DNA from: Chrysomallon squamiferum | Lineage: Eukaryota; Animalia; Mollusca | DNA length: 64,000 nt | Direction of reading: 5' to 3' | Assembly (NCBI GenBank): GCA_012295275.1 | Contig: CM022671.1 | Span: forward strand, 7,130,001 to 7,194,000 | In this document: one piece after another, positions 56,470 to 64,000 of the stretch | Layout of the letters: each line of letters begins with the position of its first letter | How positions within the stretch are numbered: the first letter of the stretch is position 1 | Made by a program: the position numbers and the translations under genes | Notes under the pieces: model-generated | Told to the model about the DNA's origin: nothing | What the model saw: only the letters and a program-made list of their open reading frames with translations | The model's database searches: none

Positions 56470-57440
56470 GAAACACTGACGACAGATTCTTGAACACGAT
56501 CATTTTATGTTTATCTCTCTTCAGAAAGATAAAGTTTTAATACTCTAAATAGTCGAGGTTAAAATGTCTTTTAGTTTTATGTCTGAGACTTGTGAAGCGC
56601 TGATGACCGATTCTTGGTCCTTTTGCAGTGTATCCTTCAGCAGCTAGATACAAAAAAAAGAAAAGTAATAGTTTCTGTCACCAAGATTAAATTCTACGAG
56701 GAGCTCTGATGACGGATTCTGACACTTATTGCTTTTTTTTCAGTAGACTCTTCCGCAGCGAGATAAACAACTTTAATAGTTTTTGTCGGGTAGATTAAAT
56801 TCTCTGCTTGCGGCACGCGGACCAGTGATGACGGATTCTTGCATTTGGTTCGTCTCCAGTTTATCAGTAAGATAAAGAGATTTAATTTTGCGTATCGCCT
56901 GGTTTCCAATGTCTTTAAATCCTATGCTTGAGGGATATGAAGCGCTGATAACGGATTCTAGCAAATCTTTCAGTAGATCGTATTAATGTAAGACGAAACG
57001 ATTTGATAGGACCTGATTTTTGTATTTTGTATTTTTTGCACCTTCAGTATAAAAGAGGCAATTTTATGTCACTTTAGTGCTATAAATATAATTTTCTCTG
57101 ATAAGATTAAAGAATCTACCAGCAGTTTTATAAAGTCTTCAAGTTTTTATATTTTAATAATATTGAAGACGGGCGTGTATATAACAATGTTGCTTTCAAT
57201 ACATCCTTCTATAATAAGATTAAATAACCTACCTACACAATCATAACGTTTTTAAATTTCATACTGAAGTAGATCAAATATTAATCACGGATTTTGGTAC
57301 AGCCCTGACGGAAATTGCTATAAATACATTAAGTCTGATTATATCTTCTTAAGTAAGATTCCTATTTTAGTATTAAGAGTAAAATAACTTATTGAAAATT
57401 CAGTGTATATTAAAAGTAAATAATTGATTTTTGTACAGTG
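56470..57440. repeat. Degenerate ~105-125 bp tandem array (anchors TGATGACGGATTCT and AAGATTAAA)
   Basis: Anchor at ~56477, 56601, 56707, 56826, 56946, decaying downstream. Confidence 0.6.
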
Positions 57441-59859
57441 CTATATTCGAATCTATATTCCCTGAGTTTACTGGGTTCGTTGCTTTCTTTTACAAAACAG
57501 CAGGAATGTTTTATTATGCACACGCTAACACAGTCTCAGCATGAGTCCAAGGTTGAGTCACATTAAGTATTGATGATAAACTCTTTTGTGTAATCATGTG
57601 GTTCAATACATAAAAAAATATATATATTTATGATACGTTATTACGTTTTAATGTTAACGATCTTCTGGTTTCAAATATATCTTGTTATTTTTATTGTTGT
57701 TGTTGTTGTTGTTGTCGTCGTTGTCGTTACTATTATTATGATTATTACTATTATTATTATTGTTATTATTATATATATTGTTATATATTTTATTATTATG
57801 ATTATTATTATTACTATTATTATTATTATATATATTGTTATATATTTTATTATTGTGGTAGATGTTACTGTTATTTCTGTTCTTGTTGTGGTTGTTGTTA
57901 CTATTGTTGTTATTACTGTTATTATTCTTATTATAGTACTAGTAGTAGTATGACTGTTTTTGTTGACTTAAGATACGAAACCTGTTTCCGCTTCTCAAGG
58001 AGCCAAATTGATCTATTAGCAATAATATGAGGTATTTTATATGCACCTTTCAATAAACAGCAAGGGTAAATATCGCTGCTGAACGATAAATATCCCAGAG
58101 GATGCATCAGTAGATCTTTTTTCCAATGCAACAAGACACGTGTCTCTCAAATGAACTGCAGACAACTGGATTATTGCAGACAGTTCCATTCTGCAGACCA
58201 AAATATGTTGCTGTGAATGCTTATAAGTCAGACGCTTGTGTCAGGTACTGAATGTTTAATTCCTCTCTGTCTAGAAGTGGACAACAAGTTAACGAGAAAG
58301 ACACTGGCTAAATTAGTTTTCTCATTGATCTGTTTTCAAACAGAACATACTGGAAAGAGACTCGAATACTCTCGTGTCGCTCGACTGTAAGTTATTTCTT
58401 TGTTGATATCGGGGCGACTGGTAATACATTCTTTATGACGGGTAGACGTTTTAGGATCTGTGTATCCTTCCATCAGTTCATTCATCTGTCTGTCTATCCA
58501 TCGATTCATTTTATCTGTGCATACATTTATCAGTCTATCAGCACATGAATCAGTATTTCCTTACCCCGTTCGTTAACCAGTGCAGTCATCGATCGGTAGA
58601 TAAATCTATCGATAGACGATCCATAGATCCGTCATCATTCATCGATCAGTCTTTCAATCGATTCTATCCCCATCCAGTTTGATCAATGGATCATCTCTGC
58701 ACATCCTCTGTCAATTCATATCACCACCCACACCACACCCAGAGCCCTATATACAAATCACAAGTAAGTAAATAAATAAACCAGTTGTTTCACAGAATTT
58801 AAACAAAAACATAAATATTAGCTCTTCTTCTGAAATGTTTATTTACATTATATTTTAGCTGATGCATTTCATGCGCATATAATAATGTATCAGATATTCT
58901 GTGAACCTAAGAATACATCAATACACATTGAGTAGAAAGCCGTATCAAACTGCGCAGGTTCTCCAAAAACAGCAGTCTTAATTTGTTTCTGTTGTTGTTT
59001 TTTGTAAATTCCTCTAACCATTTATTTTCTAAATCCATAGTCTTCTAATCAAGATGTTTAACAACGAGCATCTGAATACTGCGGATCCTGGAATAAATTA
59101 CAGTTACAGAAGGTTAACGATCATGTTACTTGGGTGAAACCTTGAGAAATTTGTAACTCAAATTTATACGATGAATAATGTATATATTCTTAATGCGTTC
59201 TTCGTATTCATTGGAATACAATCCATGAAGCTGTCGATTTTATCTGTAATATCTATTCAGCATGACATTTTCCTTTCACCATGTAATTTTCTGTATGTAT
59301 GCAATGACTTGAAATATGGGCATATCTGAAGAATGTGTTATTAGTTAGGTTAAATCTTTTTAGTTATTTTGGCTTTGTTTTTATGATAGTTTTTTGTTTT
59401 TTCTGTCTGTTTCAGATTTGAGATTTGACGTTTGTTCGTTTTTATCAAGCACACATATTCAGTTTTTATTTCTTTGTTTTTTCTCAAATATACATACATA
59501 CAATACATAGGTACATGCATACATACAAACGCGTGTGTGTGTGCGTGTGTGCGTGTGTGCGTGTATGTTTGAAGCAGAAGATACAAATATAGCAGTGTAT
59601 ATTTGTGAATTAAGTCTGATGATGTGTGTGTTCTTATTACTGAGTGTTAAGTAAGTATCTGTGACAATGTTTACCAATATTTCTTTATATATATGTGTGT
59701 GCGCGTGTGTGTGCGCGTGCACGCGAGTTCTTGCTGATATGTGTGAAAAATATTTTCGGTGAAAAATAATGCTTGTCTGTATCATTTATATCTCTGTTTG
59801 CACTACGATGACAAAAATTACGTAGAACTAATTTGTAAATGATTTATGCGTCTCTAACC

Positions 59860-60500
59860 GTCGATTATAATAACCAAGAAGTGACAACCAATTTATATTC
59901 GCCATTCAAACACGCCCTCTGCGTAAGAAATCGAACTCTAACGACTTTATACGACGAAGCGACGTAATCCTCACGTCAATCAACGATTTTTTACGACGAC
60001 TTCCGGAAATTCAAACCCAACCGGCTGACGAACGCCGATCGTTTCCGAGCGAGGTTTTCGTTCCGACTTTTTACGTGTTGTCGCGGAAATGGGTAACGTT
60101 GTTTATGAAGTCATGCGAGATGCAACTGTCGCGAAACCGGTTTCGAATTTCTCGCAGCGCTAAGACATTAAGCACCAGAACTGCAAACGAACGACGTCAC
60201 CGAAACCGGTTTGAGTGTCGGAACAATAAGATCGATCAGCCGTCCAGCTTCCAGTGATTATATTGCTAGTTAATGCCATCGTTTGCATTTCCGACGTTCG
60301 TATTCCGTCGTAGGAAATCGGCGAATCACAGCAAAGACGAAAATCGTGATTTCGCCAACTTACTAGTTCCTCTAATTTCAAAATGGCCGCGGTCGTGTCA
60401 GCGAAAATGGCGGAACATGATTTAGATCGTAAATCTGACCGCACACTCGCTGACTTCTGCCACGAGGTTAATTTGCTTCGAGCTTGTAATTAGCGTGTCT
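59860..60500 (+). promoter_or_regulatory. CpG-rich island, candidate promoter/first exon
   Basis: Very high CpG density relative to flanks, two YY1-like motifs (CAAAATGGCCGC, GAAAATGGCGG) and a possible donor GAG|GTTAAT at 60466/60467. Confidence 0.45.
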
Positions 60501-61084
60501 GCGTAAAACTGAGACAGATATAATTCTTCATACACATTGTTTGCAGAAGGTTAAGTGACTAAAGGTTGTGTGTGCCATCCAGTTGAATTTTCTACTGATG
60601 ATGATACGATTGATTTTTATGACGTCAGCCTATATACCCACAACTGATTGGAAGGATGAAAGCTTTTGTACTTGTTTTTCTTTTCAGTCAAAACATTCTG
60701 TGCAAGTCAATGAATTTTACATAATTTTAAGTTATTATTTTTTTTGTTTATTTTTTGAAGGCCAATATTTCTTAACAAAAATGAACACAGTACTGTAAAG
60801 ATTGTCTTTTAACGATTAATAATGAACTTGTGACATCACTTCCTATACAGAAATACAAAATAATACTGGTAATATACCATTACTGTCGACATCGCCATAC
60901 TACCACCACTGTATCTGCTGCTACAAAGATACTACTATGCTGTACCTCTACTACTACTAAAAGTAGTAATATTACTGCTACCATTAGCATTTCTGTCTAT
61001 GTTATCACAACTTTTACTACTACTATCATTAAAACTACTGAAAAAAACTATTGCTAATACTACTATTAATATCAATATTAAAAT

Positions 61085-61119
<35 letters not shown>

Positions 61120-61609
61120 ATAATAATAATAATAATAAAATAACAGGAAAATAATGATGATGATGATGATAATGATTATATCAACAACAAAATCATCACG
61201 TGAACAGTTACAAAATATATTCATACAATGAAACGTAAACCGAAGTCTATTGAGCTACACTATATTTCTTCTTCTTCTCCTCCTTTCACAATCTGCTTGT
61301 ACAATCAGTTATAAAACAAACTTAACTTCCAGTGTTTTTCCTGGACAGCTTTGCTGTTGTTAGTAATAATCCACACAGGTGCTGGGCCTAACTGCACAGT
61401 TTTATTTTGCAGGTTTGAAGCGAATCTTGCTTCACGTTCTGGAAATACCAGCAGAGATTTAACTACGTCTCTTCCAGTAAATTACTAAATATATATGTTT
61501 GTCTCAGGAACTAGAAACATGTAGAGAAAGAATATGTTTCTTTCTTTCTTCTTTTTTCTTCTTTCTTGTTGTTGTTGTTGTTGTTGTTCTTCTTCTTCTT
61601 CTTCTTCTT

Positions 61610-61673
<64 letters not shown>

Positions 61674-62479
61674 GCTACATTTTAACTTTTTAAATACTGC
61701 TAATACTATTACTACTGCTACTGATAAAACTGGGTGTATCCAGTGATTTTTATCTGGGAAAGATTCCGTTTCGTTTATCTCTGCCGATGCAGTCAGTTTG
61801 AAACATCTTCTAAACCTGCCAGTAATTACAAACACTACAAATAAGTTATCAGTCATATTCACTTATCTTGTCTTATCTTGTCTTATCTTATCTTATCTTA
61901 TTAATTTATTTATATCTGAACGTTAGGAGATAGCATTACAAAATACTGTATACTTGTATAGAAAACGAACTGGTGACCAGCGATGTCAGAACCTATCATT
62001 CTAACTCCAGTGGAGGACGTTACGTTAATAACACAAGACACAAAACACTCCAAGCTCCAAGCATATCCAACCCAGGTTCTATCGGATTACGCTAAAGTAA
62101 TGTTCTTCATTGCACCGTCCAGCGCAGCAAAACTTCAGCAATTCGCGTGTCTGGTCAGCGTCTAATAAATCACTAATTCTCGCACGATCTCGCGAGACGC
62201 GCACAGTCTCGACTTTTCTCACGAGACAGCGATATCTCGACAAATCTCACGAGACGACATCATATCGTCCGTTCTCGGGAGACATTTTTCACTTATTTAA
62301 ACATTATTGACTTTGTGAATTGAATAAACACGGTCTCATTCGATCAGATTCGTTCCACGGACACTGTCGACTGGTGCTGTGTGCGTGTTCATTAGTAATA
62401 ATGAGATTTCTCATTCTAGGTTGAAGACTGGGCATATTTAATTCAGCAGACAGAAGACATTTTTTATAGTTCCATTTTA

Positions 62480-62672
62480 CAGCAGTAGTACCAGTAGTGC
62501 TAGTAGTCGTATTAGTTATAACTGTACTAGTCGTAGTAGTATAATTTATTGTAACAGTAGTAGTAGTGGGTAAGTAGCTGCAGTAATAGCGTATCAGCAG
62601 CAACAGCAGCAGCAGCAGTAGTAGTAGTAGGGGTATCAGCAGCAACAGTAATAGTAGTAGTAGTAGTAGTAA

Positions 62673-62712
<40 letters not shown>

Positions 62713-62713
62713 G

Positions 62714-62756
<43 letters not shown>

Positions 62757-62786
62757 CAGTAGTAGTAGTAGTAGCAGCAACAGTAA

Positions 62787-62822
<36 letters not shown>

Positions 62823-62870
62823 GTGGTAGTAGTACTTGTGGTAGTAGTAGTAGTAGTAGTAGTAATAGTA
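62480..62870. repeat. Compound (AGT)n/(AGC)n/(GGT)n microsatellite
   Basis: Direct reading. Confidence 0.9.
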
Positions 62871-64000
62871 AAGGAAAAGTATTACTGAGTTACACTGTCA
62901 TTTCAAATGTTCGAGAAAAAACTGTTTCTCCAAACAAAGCCATAAATAATGTCCACCCAGAAATCTTCCATTTCTTCTTTATTTTCATTCCCGTACTGAC
63001 TCAGTGCTCACATATCTTTGTCCTATTACATCAACGACGCTTTGAAATAATCAGCTCTTGATTGCCAGCAGAACGCTCGACAGACATGAATAGGGACGAA
63101 ATTCAGTTCTTGACGGTGTAATAACTATTCTTCCACCTGACGTGTTCTTACATTAGTTCCTTAAATCGGAATACAATGGCTTGGTTTCGCGAAAGCCTGG
63201 AATGGCGTAGTTTTGTCACTGAGAGAGCGTGGAATAGCACAGTTTTATCATAGAAAGTGTGTGGAATAGAATCGTTATATCACAGAACGAGTGTGGAATA
63301 GAATAGTTATATCATATGGAATAGATAATTTTATCATAGAAAGGGGTAAAGGATAAGGAATAAATTTACTAAAGTAGCTCATAATAATGTCTTATGATGC
63401 ATTAAACACTATGATCTAATTGTGTTGTTATAGAGTTGATAATAAAATATATATGGAATATGGAAGTTTGATTGCAGAAGTGAGATATGGAATGATATAC
63501 TCTGTCTATAAAATGATGAATTATATGATTAGTCGTCTAGCACTCTGGAATATTTTGTTTCGTAGTAAAATTTAAGGCATGAAATCGCATCCCGTATTTA
63601 ACAAAATTAAGTCTGGTAAACCGTGATGAAATAAAATTAAGTGTATAATTAATAATGAAATTAGATTATATTCGGTATAAAACTCTTTTATTTACAGCGA
63701 AATGGGTAATATTATAAAGTTCCATTTTAAAATGTAGCGACATACTTTCTCTGTTATACGTGCATGCAAAACAATCTATCCTCTCCTCTGCACTGTAGGA
63801 ACAATGTACTGTTGTAGAGTTAACTGTGGGATTCTCTCTGTTTTAATAAACTGGATGGACGTTCGTTGAACCCTACAGCAATATTGTCTGGTAATCCATC
63901 AGTAGCCAAATCAGCTGAAGCAGAACTAACTTTCACTTCATCATCTAGATTCGCTGATATCTAATTTAAAGCAGACAAGTCAATACAGCAAGATATGTGT

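Noticed and set aside
61413-61476. Strong acceptor followed by CLKRILLHVLEIP, resembling USP beta2, as USP exon 2
   Set aside because: It lacks the expected W-Y helix segment and hits TAA after 16 codons in the required phase.

Overview
AT-rich, microsatellite-dense animal genomic DNA with spliceosomal GT-AG introns. A USP-family gene plus a Sec-type selenophosphate synthetase suggest a lophotrochozoan such as a mollusc (inference). I assembled three complete multi-exon genes by hand. (1) A selenophosphate synthetase (+, 10198-14680) whose first coding exon is missed by the ORF track because it has an in-frame UGA at codon 29 (KG-U-GCK). The UGA is followed by GGG-UGU, a perfect 13-bp recoding hairpin, and a type-II SECIS on an extra 16-bp basal stem in the 3'UTR. 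(2) ING3 (-, 21424-16022), convergent with the SPS gene. (3) Mitochondrial aminomethyltransferase AMT/GcvT (+, 21866-27900), head-to-head with ING3 across 441 bp. ING3 and AMT each carry a single-nucleotide frameshift inside a conserved exon, most likely assembly indels. A universal stress protein first exon lies at 35099-35171. The remaining ~29 kb has no recognisable coding sequence, only tandem repeats, a Tigger/pogo-like element relic and several CpG-rich motif clusters.
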